Positions 20,715 to 30,148 of a stretch of DNA of 64,000 nucleotides are shown one piece after another. The stretch is from Promethearchaeota archaeon (lineage in GTDB: Archaea; Asgardarchaeota; Lokiarchaeia; Sigyniarchaeales; SOKP01): NCBI GenBank assembly GCA_048938855.1, contig JBHLLT010000002.1, positions 224,001 to 288,000 of the forward strand, given 5' to 3'. Every line of letters starts with the position of its first letter. The stretch's first letter is position 1. Under the pieces are notes generated by a model. That model saw only the letters and a program-made list of their open reading frames with translations. It did not search any database and was not told the origin of the DNA. A program made the position numbers and the translations under genes.

Positions 20715-20819
20715 GGCAAAGTGGCGTAGCCCGGAGTGCATTGGAATATTCCCGATGACGGGTAGGAACGCACTAGACTGAAGATCTAGGTATCGTGAGT
20801 TCAAATCTCACCTTTGCCA
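20715..20819 (+). tRNA. tRNA-Phe(GAA) with a 29-nt D-loop intron (20736-20764)
   Basis: Acceptor GGCAAAG/CTTTGCC-A, CTAGA-CTGAAGA-TCTAG, GTGAG-TTCAAAT-CTCAC; central helix CCCG/CGGG with GAG and TAG bulges. Confidence 0.92.
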
Positions 20820-20950
20820 TATTATTTTTCATTTCTGTTTAACCTTGATTGAATGTCACTCATGGCAAAGCTCTTTTTTGATTGTTAAATTAATATTACT
20901 AATCTATTAAAAATATAATAAAGATATTTAATCAAGATGTTTAGATTAAG

Positions 20951-22144
20951 ATGAAATACAATTTTGATAGAGTTATCGATCGTTCTCAAACTAATTCAGT
21001 TAAGTGGAACAAAAACTTTTTAAAAGAGGAGTTTGGATCGGATGATGTCTTACCACTTTGGGTAGCAGATATGGATTTTCAATGCCCCCAATCTATTATA
21101 GATGCTTTAAAGAGACGGATTGATGAAGAAATTTTTGGGTATTGCTGGTATAAAACTCCCAACTATTTGAATGCAGTTTCAGACTGGATGAAACGAAGAC
21201 ATGGATGGAAAATTGATGATGATTGGATAATCCCTAGTCCTGGCATTGTTTCCGCTATTTATATGCTTGTTCAGACTTTTACAAATGTGGGAGAAAAAGT
21301 TATCATCCAACCACCAGTTTATTATCCATTTTTCAGTGCTATAGAAAATAATGGACGTAATTTAGCACTAAATCAATTAGTTTATGAGAACAAGAGGTAT
21401 ACATTTGATTTTGATGATTTCGAGAAAAAAGCTAAGGATCCATTAACTAAAATGTTTATCCTCTGTAGTCCTCATAATCCTGTAGGGCGGGTATGGACTG
21501 AAAAAGAACTCAAAGAACTAGGAGATATTTGTTTAGAAAATGATGTATTAATTATTTCAGATGAAATTCATCACGACCTAATTCTTTCGGGACATAAGCA
21601 TACTCTTTTTTCAACAATATCGAAAGAATTTGAGAATAATACTATCATGTGTACAGCGCCAAGTAAAACTTTTAATATCGCTGGGTTAAAAACCTCAAAT
21701 ATAATAATTCCAGATGAAAAATTAAGAGGTTCTTTCTTAAATACGATATCCAAGAGAAATAGTGTTATGAGTCCTAATGTATTTGGTATAACCGCATTAA
21801 TAGCTGCTTATAATGAAGGAGAGGAGTGGTTAACTCAAGTAATAAGTTATATCGAAGCAAATTTTAGTTTTTTAAAAGAATTTATCAATGAAAACCTACC
21901 TGACATTGACTTTATTGAACCAGAGGGGACCTATCTTGCCTGGTTAGATTGTAATAGATTGAGAATGAACGATGAAACACTTAATGAGTTTATTTTAAAA
22001 AAAGCAAAGGTAGCTCTTGATGATGGCAAAATTTTTGGTCCTGGAGGAGAAGGATTTGAAAGAATAAATGTAGGATGTCCACAATCAATATTGAAGGAGT
22101 GTGTGACTAGAATCAATGAAGCTTTAAAAAAAGAAGCTAAATAA
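20951..22144 (+). CDS. MalY/PatB family PLP-dependent C-S lyase
   Basis: LPLWVADMDF, CSPHNPVGRVW, SDEIH, APSKTFNIAG. Confidence 0.93.
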   Translation: MKYNFDRVIDRSQTNSVKWNKNFLKEEFGSDDVLPLWVADMDFQCPQSIIDALKRRIDEEIFGYCWYKTPNYLNAVSDWMKRRHGWKIDDDWIIPSPGIVSAIYMLVQTFTNVGEKVIIQPPVYYPFFSAIENNGRNLALNQLVYENKRYTFDFDDFEKKAKDPLTKMFILCSPHNPVGRVWTEKELKELGDICLENDVLIISDEIHHDLILSGHKHTLFSTISKEFENNTIMCTAPSKTFNIAGLKTSNIIIPDEKLRGSFLNTISKRNSVMSPNVFGITALIAAYNEGEEWLTQVISYIEANFSFLKEFINENLPDIDFIEPEGTYLAWLDCNRLRMNDETLNEFILKKAKVALDDGKIFGPGGEGFERINVGCPQSILKECVTRINEALKKEAK

Positions 22145-22152
22145 TCCTTATA

Positions 22153-22680
22153 TCATAAATTAGATAGCAATGGAGTGTGATTCCTGCGTGAATCAAGGAA
22201 AATTAATCCCTTGAAATCCTCGTTATTATCATCAATAAATTCCCAGAATTCATCATAAATTTCTTTAAGAGACATTTTTTTCTTGTGGAACTCTTTTTTA
22301 TGCTGTTCTTGACTTATTTTATTTTTAGAAATGGTAGGTTTATACTCAAGATAATTACCTTCAAGTATTAGATTTTCAAAAATGTCTTCTTCATTTCTTT
22401 TAGAATTCTTAAATTTGGAACCTATTTCTTGAGATGATTTGTTTTCAAACTCAAAATCTACTCTTTGATATCCGCGTACTTGAAATTGTTTATCTACGAA
22501 AGCTTGAAACTGGTGTTGGCACACTAAACCTCTAGCAATTGACATTGTGGTAAGTTGTTTTGATTCAGCAATGACAGATTTAGGAACATTCAATAATTTT
22601 TTTGATTTGCAAACTGGACAAATAAATTCAACCTTTGAGGTTTCAAATGAAATTTTGCCTTTAAATTCTGTAACTGCCAT
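22153..22680 (-). CDS. Hypothetical zinc-ribbon protein
   Basis: CPVC...CQHQF..VDKQF.VRGYQ; AGGTG SD-like sequence upstream. Confidence 0.6.
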   Translation of the reverse strand: MAVTEFKGKISFETSKVEFICPVCKSKKLLNVPKSVIAESKQLTTMSIARGLVCQHQFQAFVDKQFQVRGYQRVDFEFENKSSQEIGSKFKNSKRNEEDIFENLILEGNYLEYKPTISKNKISQEQHKKEFHKKKMSLKEIYDEFWEFIDDNNEDFKGLIFLDSRRNHTPLLSNL

Positions 22681-22800
22681 TAAAACACCTTCTTGAGATA
22701 TTCTAAAATTATTAATAAAAACCCCATTTAATTGCTAGAAAAAAGATTAAAATTTAAGATTAAAGAGATAAAACATTAAGTAATTTATTAATAACTATAA

Positions 22801-23343
22801 TTAAGCATTACCAGGATTAAATTTAATATTCATATTAGTCTCATCCAACTCAAATGTTATTTCTAAATTAGTTATAAAATCACTTTCTATTTTGAATACA
22901 TGTAAACCTTTAGTGAATTTTTTTGCTGTATTATCGTCTATTTTTATTAAAAGACCAATACTATCACCTACGTTAATCAGACGTCCACTAAGTTTACCTT
23001 GTAAAATATCATTAATCTTAAACGACTCACCTTTATGATAAATCAACAAACGATTCTCAACACTGTTCTTATTAAAACTTTGCTTAGTAAAATCTAAAGG
23101 TAAATCATCTAATAGAAACTTGCCATATTGTGAAATATCAAAACTGCTTGAGTCAATATCTTTTAGACTGAAGTCTCCTATCTCAATTTCTTCTGGAATA
23201 GCAAAAGGTATTATTAAATTTAGAACTTTTATTTGGAGAGAATCGACATTCCCATCCCCATTAGTATCAACAGTATATACACTTTCCTTTAGGGGAAGCA
23301 TTTTCCTTATAAGTACTTTGAAGGCAGATAGATCATAGGGCAT
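22801..23343 (-). CDS. Hypothetical protein with a DxNxDG calcium-loop-like motif
   Basis: 180-aa ORF containing VDTNGDGNVD. Confidence 0.55.
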   Translation of the reverse strand: MPYDLSAFKVLIRKMLPLKESVYTVDTNGDGNVDSLQIKVLNLIIPFAIPEEIEIGDFSLKDIDSSSFDISQYGKFLLDDLPLDFTKQSFNKNSVENRLLIYHKGESFKINDILQGKLSGRLINVGDSIGLLIKIDDNTAKKFTKGLHVFKIESDFITNLEITFELDETNMNIKFNPGNA

Positions 23344-23396
23344 AAGTCGTTAACCTATTAATTTTTTATGAATGAATAATTTAACTATTTAAAATA

Positions 23397-24437
23397 TTAA
23401 TATTTTTCTACTTCAGAAATCCTTACAGGACGATTTTCTTTATATGATTTATGAGCAGCTAGTGCTATTAGAACATTTTGTAATCCATCTTCCCCATTTG
23501 GTTTAGGCTCAGCATTTTTACGTAAGCATTGGAAAAAGTATTTCAATTCAGTTGAATAAGATTCCATATATCTGTCTATGAAAAAATAGGGAATTTTATC
23601 AATATTTGTACATTCAGAAGTATAAATACGAACTGTATTTGTTGCCTCATTATCTGCTATAACACATCCTTTTGAGCCAAATACTTCAACACGTTGATCA
23701 TACCCATAAACTGCCTGACGCGTATTATCTATTATTCCAAAAGCACCGTTTTCGAATTTTAATACAGCTACAGCAGTATCTATATCTCCTACATTGCCAA
23801 TTTCATTATCAATAAGAACTGCTCCAGTAGCATATACTTCCTTTACTTCACTCCTAACTTGGTATCTTGCCATATCCCAATCGTGAATGGTCATATCAAA
23901 AAAAATTCCCCCTGAAGCCTTAATATAATCAATAGGTGGAGGTGCAGGGTCTCGGGAAGTAATTTTAACAATTTGAGGTTCACCAATTTGACCAGAAGAG
24001 ACTGTTTCATAGCATCTTAAAAAGTTACGATCAAAACGACGATTAAAACCCACCATAAGTTTAACTTCTTTTCTATTAACGATTGAAAGAGTTTCTTGAA
24101 TGCGTTTTATATCTGTACCTATAGGTTTTTCGCAGAAGATATGTTTTTTTACTTTTGCTGCTTTTTGAATAAATTTTGCATGGGTATTTGTAGGGGAACA
24201 AATTAAAACAATTTCAATTTCGGGATCTGTAAAAATTTCGTTGGGATCATTAGTGAGTCTGGGAACACCCCTATCTAATGCCCATTTTCTCATAGTCTCA
24301 TCAATTTTAATATCTGCGACAATTTTTAGCTTTACTTCTGAAATTTTCTGTAATAAATTCTCAATATGAATTTTACCAATTCTACCAGCTCCTATTAAAC
24401 CTACACAAAAGGATTTCGTCAATAAATAACACTTCAA
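23397..24437 (-). CDS. iolG: Inositol 2-dehydrogenase (Gfo/Idh/MocA)
   Basis: GAGRIG, CEKP, GFNRRFD, SGGIFFDMTIHDWD, YGYDQRVEVFG. Confidence 0.9.
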   Translation of the reverse strand: MKCYLLTKSFCVGLIGAGRIGKIHIENLLQKISEVKLKIVADIKIDETMRKWALDRGVPRLTNDPNEIFTDPEIEIVLICSPTNTHAKFIQKAAKVKKHIFCEKPIGTDIKRIQETLSIVNRKEVKLMVGFNRRFDRNFLRCYETVSSGQIGEPQIVKITSRDPAPPPIDYIKASGGIFFDMTIHDWDMARYQVRSEVKEVYATGAVLIDNEIGNVGDIDTAVAVLKFENGAFGIIDNTRQAVYGYDQRVEVFGSKGCVIADNEATNTVRIYTSECTNIDKIPYFFIDRYMESYSTELKYFFQCLRKNAEPKPNGEDGLQNVLIALAAHKSYKENRPVRISEVEKY

Positions 24438-24545
24438 ACCTTTGCAAATTTGTTAATTTTAAATTTTCTTAAGAAGAATAATATATTTATATTTAACTAA
24501 GGTTAAATTGAATTAATTAATTAAAATTTTTTAAAAAGTGTTGTT

Positions 24546-25754
24546 ATGAGTGAAGAAAAAATAAAAGTTTATGGATATCGATGGGTTGTGCTGTTGTTGT
24601 TTATGTTATTAAATATAACAGTACAAATACTTTGGATAACTTTTGCCGCTGTTACTGTACCAGCGCAAGTATACTTTGGAGGGGTTGATGAGTTATCTAT
24701 ATTTCTGCTATCTGCTATTTATATGATAATCTATATCCCAGATACTTTTTTAGCTTCTTGGTTGATCGATAAGTATGATTTTAAAATAGGATGTGGTATA
24801 GGAGCGGTATTAGTGGCAATTTTCGGTTTTTTACGTTTTTTTGCTGGGCCAGATTATTTATTGATGCTGATTTTTACAATTGGTATAGCAATTGGACAAC
24901 CATTTGTTATGAATAGTATAACTAAATTATCTGGTAATTGGTTTCCTAAAAGTGAACGAACTACTGCAACTGGCCTTGGTACACTTTCAATGTTCATTGG
25001 AATTCTGTTAGGGGTTCTCTTAACACCATTTCTTATAGTAGGTAATGATCTTGGCATTATGTTATTCATCTATGGAATCTTAAGCTTGATAATTGGAGCC
25101 CTTTTTGTAATTTTTGCAAAGAGTAGACCCTTAACACCCGCTTCTTCGGAACCTGTTAGTGAAAGAGTTTTAATGGGGGCAGGTTTGAGGAAATTATTTA
25201 CAAATAAATCATTTTGGATTTTGGTTTTCTTATTCTTCATAGGGTTAGGGATTTTTAATATGATAACAACATATATTCAAGTAATTTTGAATCCTTTAAT
25301 TTATGGAGATATTTTTGCGGGGATTGTTGGTGGAATTATGCTTCTTGGAGGAATTCTAGGAGCTATTATCTTATCAGCTCTTTCTGATAAATTTCAAAAA
25401 AAAGTAATAATAACGATAATTGCTTTAGCAATTGCTACTATTTCTTTATTCATTTTTACATTTGTGGCTGATGAAATTTCTCTAATTATCACAGCATTCT
25501 TATTTGGATTTGGATTGCTTGGTGCTGCCCCTGTAGCGTTAGAATATGCAGTAGACATCACCAAACCAGTTCCAGAAGCAAGTTCAAATGGAATATTGAT
25601 GATGGTTGGACAAATCGGGGGTATAGTTTTTATATTAGGATTAGCAGATCTAAAGTTACCAAGTGGAGATTATTTTCCAGCACTACTCTTAGAAGCTATT
25701 TTAATAGGTATTGCTTTAATATTGTCATTCTTCCTTAAAAAAGTGAAGCAATGA
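24546..25754 (+). CDS. MFS transporter (FLVCR-like)
   Basis: About 12 TM helices; KVYGYRWVVL, WFPKSERTTATG. Confidence 0.9.
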   Translation: MSEEKIKVYGYRWVVLLLFMLLNITVQILWITFAAVTVPAQVYFGGVDELSIFLLSAIYMIIYIPDTFLASWLIDKYDFKIGCGIGAVLVAIFGFLRFFAGPDYLLMLIFTIGIAIGQPFVMNSITKLSGNWFPKSERTTATGLGTLSMFIGILLGVLLTPFLIVGNDLGIMLFIYGILSLIIGALFVIFAKSRPLTPASSEPVSERVLMGAGLRKLFTNKSFWILVFLFFIGLGIFNMITTYIQVILNPLIYGDIFAGIVGGIMLLGGILGAIILSALSDKFQKKVIITIIALAIATISLFIFTFVADEISLIITAFLFGFGLLGAAPVALEYAVDITKPVPEASSNGILMMVGQIGGIVFILGLADLKLPSGDYFPALLLEAILIGIALILSFFLKKVKQ

Positions 25755-25874
25755 TTCATAAATTCCTCTTTTATTTCTTTTTTTAATTTTCTAACTAATG
25801 ATACTTTATTATTACGAAATAAAACATTTAGAATTTTGAATACACTTGAGTACTAAAAATTAAAATAGGTACAA

Positions 25875-26231
25875 CTAATTAGTCCTCACGCATTCATTTA
25901 TAACATCAAAAATCTGAGAAAAATCTAATTGATCATCCAATAAAGTTATTATAATTTTCCCCATAAATTTAATTGAAAATAGATAATAGTTGCTAGCATG
26001 AATTAAGTTAAAATCTGGGTTATGAACTCCTATTTCCGAAGTAATTTCTTCAGCTAATTCATACAACTGTGACATGTTCAATCCTATTGATGTTTTATTA
26101 AATTCTTCGTTAATATATGATTTGATTACAGCACCATTCTCAGAAGTGATTATAACAAAATATAAACCCGATTCTCCAAACTTTTTGATTAAAGAGTCAA
26201 GAACTAAATCGACTTCTAGAGATGCAGTCAT
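25875..26231 (-). CDS. Roadblock/LC7-like protein
   Basis: 118 aa, alpha-beta-beta-alpha-beta-beta-beta-alpha pattern, VIITSENGAVIKS. Confidence 0.65.
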   Translation of the reverse strand: MTASLEVDLVLDSLIKKFGESGLYFVIITSENGAVIKSYINEEFNKTSIGLNMSQLYELAEEITSEIGVHNPDFNLIHASNYYLFSIKFMGKIIITLLDDQLDFSQIFDVINECVRTN

Positions 26232-26354
26232 TGTAATATAATTTAATGGTTTGCTTATTTATAATTTTAGGTAAAATTAAATATTTCTACCTAAAATCTT
26301 TTAGTTTTTCTTTAATACTAAAAGCAAATTTTTTAATAATGATTTTAGAGAGTT

Positions 26355-27173
26355 TTATATCTCAAAATATTGCTCAATAACATTTTCGAATTCATGAAAT
26401 GGACTTAAATCCCCTTTAAATCCTATTACATGAGACTTATAGTACGTGTCTAAGAATTCTTCTACAACCAATTGCATATATCTTTTAATATTTTCAGTTC
26501 TTTTATCTTTATCAATTATATATGCAAAAATGACATCTTTCTTAGTTTTTAAGAATAAATGACAACCCCCAAGATTTATATCCTCAAGTTTTAAGCCATA
26601 TTCTTCACCAGCAATAAAGTCTTGAGCATAAATCAATATTGCTGAAATAAAACCTGCGATTTGGAAGTTATTATTTGCCATATTGGGTCTATCTTTTTTC
26701 ACTTTTGAAAAATATAAAAATCCTGCTTTATCTATGATAAATATCCCAATTAATCCCTTTGCTTTGGGAATAGTGATACTGCTAATACAAAATTGTCTTA
26801 ACTCTGTGTCTAATATATCTGAGCACATACATTGGAAAATTCTTTTTGATAAATAATATAAGTTAGTATAGTTCATTTGATTTTCTGTTTTATCAATATA
26901 CATAAAAATTATTTTGCTTTTTTGTTTCTTTTCAAAGAAATTTATATATACTGTAAGGCTTCCAATATTATCTTTTATATATCCTTGCCTTTTATTATAA
27001 ATTTGATCTTTGTATAAGTCAATTATTTTCATTGTAAGTGTGATACCAATACCTTTTTGGAAAAGGATATCAAAATTACCACCAATGTTTAATTCTGAGA
27101 TAGTAAAACCTCTTAAGTGAAAATTCTGGGAGGTTTCCTCTAAATTTTGATAGTTATCATTTATGGTAATCAT
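26355..27173 (-). CDS. Longin-domain protein
   Basis: C-terminal IFIIDKAGFLYFSK..IAGFISAI..F..FEEF-like helix..F.GDLSPFHEFE longin pattern. Confidence 0.7.
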   Translation of the reverse strand: MITINDNYQNLEETSQNFHLRGFTISELNIGGNFDILFQKGIGITLTMKIIDLYKDQIYNKRQGYIKDNIGSLTVYINFFEKKQKSKIIFMYIDKTENQMNYTNLYYLSKRIFQCMCSDILDTELRQFCISSITIPKAKGLIGIFIIDKAGFLYFSKVKKDRPNMANNNFQIAGFISAILIYAQDFIAGEEYGLKLEDINLGGCHLFLKTKKDVIFAYIIDKDKRTENIKRYMQLVVEEFLDTYYKSHVIGFKGDLSPFHEFENVIEQYFEI

Positions 27174-27356
27174 ATGCTTACAATTATTTTTTGTGCTATT
27201 TTATGATTTTGTGTTAATAAAATAATCATGATTAACATATTTAAATCTATTTGGAATAAAAAACTTTAAATAATATAGATTTTTGACAACAAAAAATAAA
27301 TTATATATTTTAATACTTTAATACTAAAAACAGATAAAAGATACTTCAAATAATTA

Positions 27357-28247
27357 CTAATTCAAATAATTGTGTAAAACTTCAAAATCTGATAAATTAA
27401 ATGGTTTCAAGATTACTCCTGTAGCACCTAAATCTTTAACTTTTTGTTCGATCTCGATATTAGGAATTGCTGTTAAGAAAAATACTGGGATCTCCTTCAA
27501 TTTTCTATCTGAATTAATTCTTTTTAAAATCTCATAACCATTAATATCTGGTAAAATTATGTCAAGAAGGATTACTTTAGGAATATAATTCTTTAGTTCC
27601 TTGAGCCCTTTAAATCCACTTAATACACCTTTACAAGAAATTCCCAACGATTCAAAATAACTTGTTAATAAATTAACAGTTTCAATATCATCCTCTATTA
27701 ACAATATATCATAGTCCATTACCCCATCAACCAATTCTTCTTTTTCCGTCTCAAATTTATCTAGGTGCTCAACAATTTTCTTCTCAAGAATTTGACATTG
27801 ACTTAACACATTTTTTATAATTGAGATCACCTTATCATTCAATTCAGTGGCATGTGCTTCCATAACTAACTGTAAATATCCTTTAATTGATGTTAAAGGT
27901 TCTTTTAAATCATGGGATAAACTAGAAAGGAGATCAATATCTACATTTTTATTTTTTAGAATAATTTTTGATCTATATTCAATAAAGAATTTTAATGCTT
28001 CTCTTATTAATTTGGATAAAGTGGAATAGTTATTACTATTTGCAAAATTTAACCATTCTTCCTTTGCATCTTTAGAAACATACAAGGAGATTCTTTCCTT
28101 ATCAGTAATAAAATCATCCTTACCAGTTTGCCATTTTCTAAAACTTTCAGTAACACTTCCCCGCCAAATAGCTTTCTTACCTGTTTCCCTTTCAAATTCT
28201 TCCATTTCTTTAGTTATTTTTTGGCGATCTGAAATTTTGCCCACCAA
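27357..28247 (-). CDS. Hybrid regulator: RHH + HisKA + receiver, no HATPase domain
   Basis: RISLYVS..W..LSKLIREAL (RHH), SHDLKEPLTSIKG (H-box), LLIEDD/LLDIILP/LTA/KPF (REC). Confidence 0.85.
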   Translation of the reverse strand: MVGKISDRQKITKEMEEFERETGKKAIWRGSVTESFRKWQTGKDDFITDKERISLYVSKDAKEEWLNFANSNNYSTLSKLIREALKFFIEYRSKIILKNKNVDIDLLSSLSHDLKEPLTSIKGYLQLVMEAHATELNDKVISIIKNVLSQCQILEKKIVEHLDKFETEKEELVDGVMDYDILLIEDDIETVNLLTSYFESLGISCKGVLSGFKGLKELKNYIPKVILLDIILPDINGYEILKRINSDRKLKEIPVFFLTAIPNIEIEQKVKDLGATGVILKPFNLSDFEVLHNYLN

Positions 28248-28472
28248 TATTTTTAACTTTTATACATATCTATCAGTTTTTACATATTTAAATCTTTTTT
28301 TACACTAAAACTTATATAATCAAAAATAGTGAAAAAAAGAGCTTATCTAAAAATGGTATGCCCTATTGATAAAAGATTAGTCTAGGATTTGGATTTATAA
28401 GCTTAATATCTAATGAATGGAAAATAAAAATAATAAATAAAAAAAAAATGTAAAATATTATCATTGAATACT

Positions 28473-29306
28473 TTACTTTTTATCAAGTGTTAATGAATTT
28501 TTTAATTCTTCTGCTAACGACCCTAATTTATGAGCTGTAGAAGTTACTTCTTCCATCGAAGCAGTTTGTTGTTCTGCAGAAGCACTTATCCCTTCCATTG
28601 CACTAAAGGAGAAATTTATTTTATCAATTACTTCTTTAATTTTATCGTTTGTATCTCGTACAGCTCCTTTTGATTCCTCGGCTAACTTTCTAACTTCATC
28701 TGCTACAACAGCAAATCCTCTTCCTTGTTCACCAGCTCTTCCTGCTTCTATACTAGCATTCAAAGCCAATAAATTCGTTTGATCTGAAATGTTTGTAATG
28801 ATACTCATTACACTGTTAATTTCATTAGTAGACCTCATAACATCTTGAGTATTTGATGTCATTTCTAGGGTTGACGAGGCAATTTCTTCTGAAGCAGCAT
28901 TTACTTCACTAGCACTAGCAGCAAGTTCATTCGCTATATTTGCAACATTAATACTGGCATTTGAGGCTGCATCTATTACACCTTTCATATCATTGGAAGA
29001 TTTTTCAAGTTTTTGTTCCAAGAAAGGAATTACCGCGAAAAATAATGCGACTACTCCAATAAATAAGGCAAAACTTTCTCCAAAAGAGTCTGCATAATCA
29101 GAATTCCAAAGTTGCCACTTATCAAGAAGATTACCCATTGTATATAGAGCCCCTCCAAATACAGAAAATACATATATAGCGTTTGTAGGTGTTCTTTTCT
29201 TGTAATAAATAAATATAGCTACTATTGTTGCTATAAAAAAGAAGAGCATACCTACTAGATTAAAGCCACCATCAAGTAAATCTGCTGGATCGATTTGTAA
29301 AAACAT
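28473..29306 (-). CDS. Short methyl-accepting chemotaxis-like protein with 3 N-terminal TM helices
   Basis: [38 protein letters not shown] hairpin tip. Confidence 0.92.
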   Translation of the reverse strand: MFLQIDPADLLDGGFNLVGMLFFFIATIVAIFIYYKKRTPTNAIYVFSVFGGALYTMGNLLDKWQLWNSDYADSFGESFALFIGVVALFFAVIPFLEQKLEKSSNDMKGVIDAASNASINVANIANELAASASEVNAASEEIASSTLEMTSNTQDVMRSTNEINSVMSIITNISDQTNLLALNASIEAGRAGEQGRGFAVVADEVRKLAEESKGAVRDTNDKIKEVIDKINFSFSAMEGISASAEQQTASMEEVTSTAHKLGSLAEELKNSLTLDKK

Positions 29307-29314
29307 TTATTTTC

Positions 29315-29623
29315 TCACCGCTCCACCTTTTTAGTAGGTAATTTGATTTGTTTACCTTTTAAAACTTTGCTATAGTATTCATAGATTGCTGCGAGACAAA
29401 ACAAGATTCCTGCTAACATTGCAAAAAAGTGTTCCATAAAATTAAAAAAATCAGGTAGTATGAAAGCCTCTAAATTCGTTGAAAGGAAAGTTATAAATAC
29501 TGAATAATAACCTGGAAACCACTTCATTATATCACGTCTTCTTTTTAAGAGAATAGGAGAAAACGCAACAGGAATGGCCAAGATTATTAAAACTGTTAAT
29601 TCATTGATTTCTAAACTTGGCAT
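29315..29623 (-). CDS. Small 3-TM membrane protein
   Basis: Hydrophobic; TNLE..FNFMEH motif; 8 bp upstream of the MCP gene. Confidence 0.65.
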   Translation of the reverse strand: MPSLEINELTVLIILAIPVAFSPILLKRRRDIMKWFPGYYSVFITFLSTNLEAFILPDFFNFMEHFFAMLAGILFCLAAIYEYYSKVLKGKQIKLPTKKVER

Positions 29624-30148
29624 TTATTACTCATTTCTTATTTTTTATATAAAACAAATCTAAAAGCAAAATCCCTTCCGAAGAAATTGCTTTAAGATGT
29701 TTTTTTATAACTAGTAAAAGTTTTTGTATATAAACATTCTTTTTTTGATCATTTTCTGTTTTTCCGTACACAAAAAAAAGTATTATAATGTAAGGATATA
29801 TTATTTTAAAATTATAATATTTTATTCTATACTTAGGAAGAGTTGCCCTATTAATTCTTTAAGATTAAAAACAATGAAATTTTAATGAATATGATACTTT
29901 TCCATTAAGTTAAATTCGGGAAAAGGTAAATATTTAAATAAACCAAATTTTTAAATTTATGTAAAAATTTTTAAAATTGATAACTTTATTTTATTTTTAA
30001 TCAATTTTAGTTTTTTATATTAAAAGTTACTAATAAAATAGAAATTAGGGGAAAAATTAGTGATTCAGTTTTGAAACAATCAAAATAGATACTTAATAAG
30101 GAGACAAAACTGCACCTTTAATTTAAAAAAAGGCTAGAGGGTAATGAA

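Noticed and set aside
20598-20804. 68-aa minus-strand ORF in the track
   Set aside because: It is antisense to the intron-containing tRNA-Phe and therefore spurious.
26265-26296. 9-bp inverted repeat TTTTAGGTA/TACCTAAAA upstream of the roadblock gene
   Set aside because: Short and AT-rich; plausible by chance.
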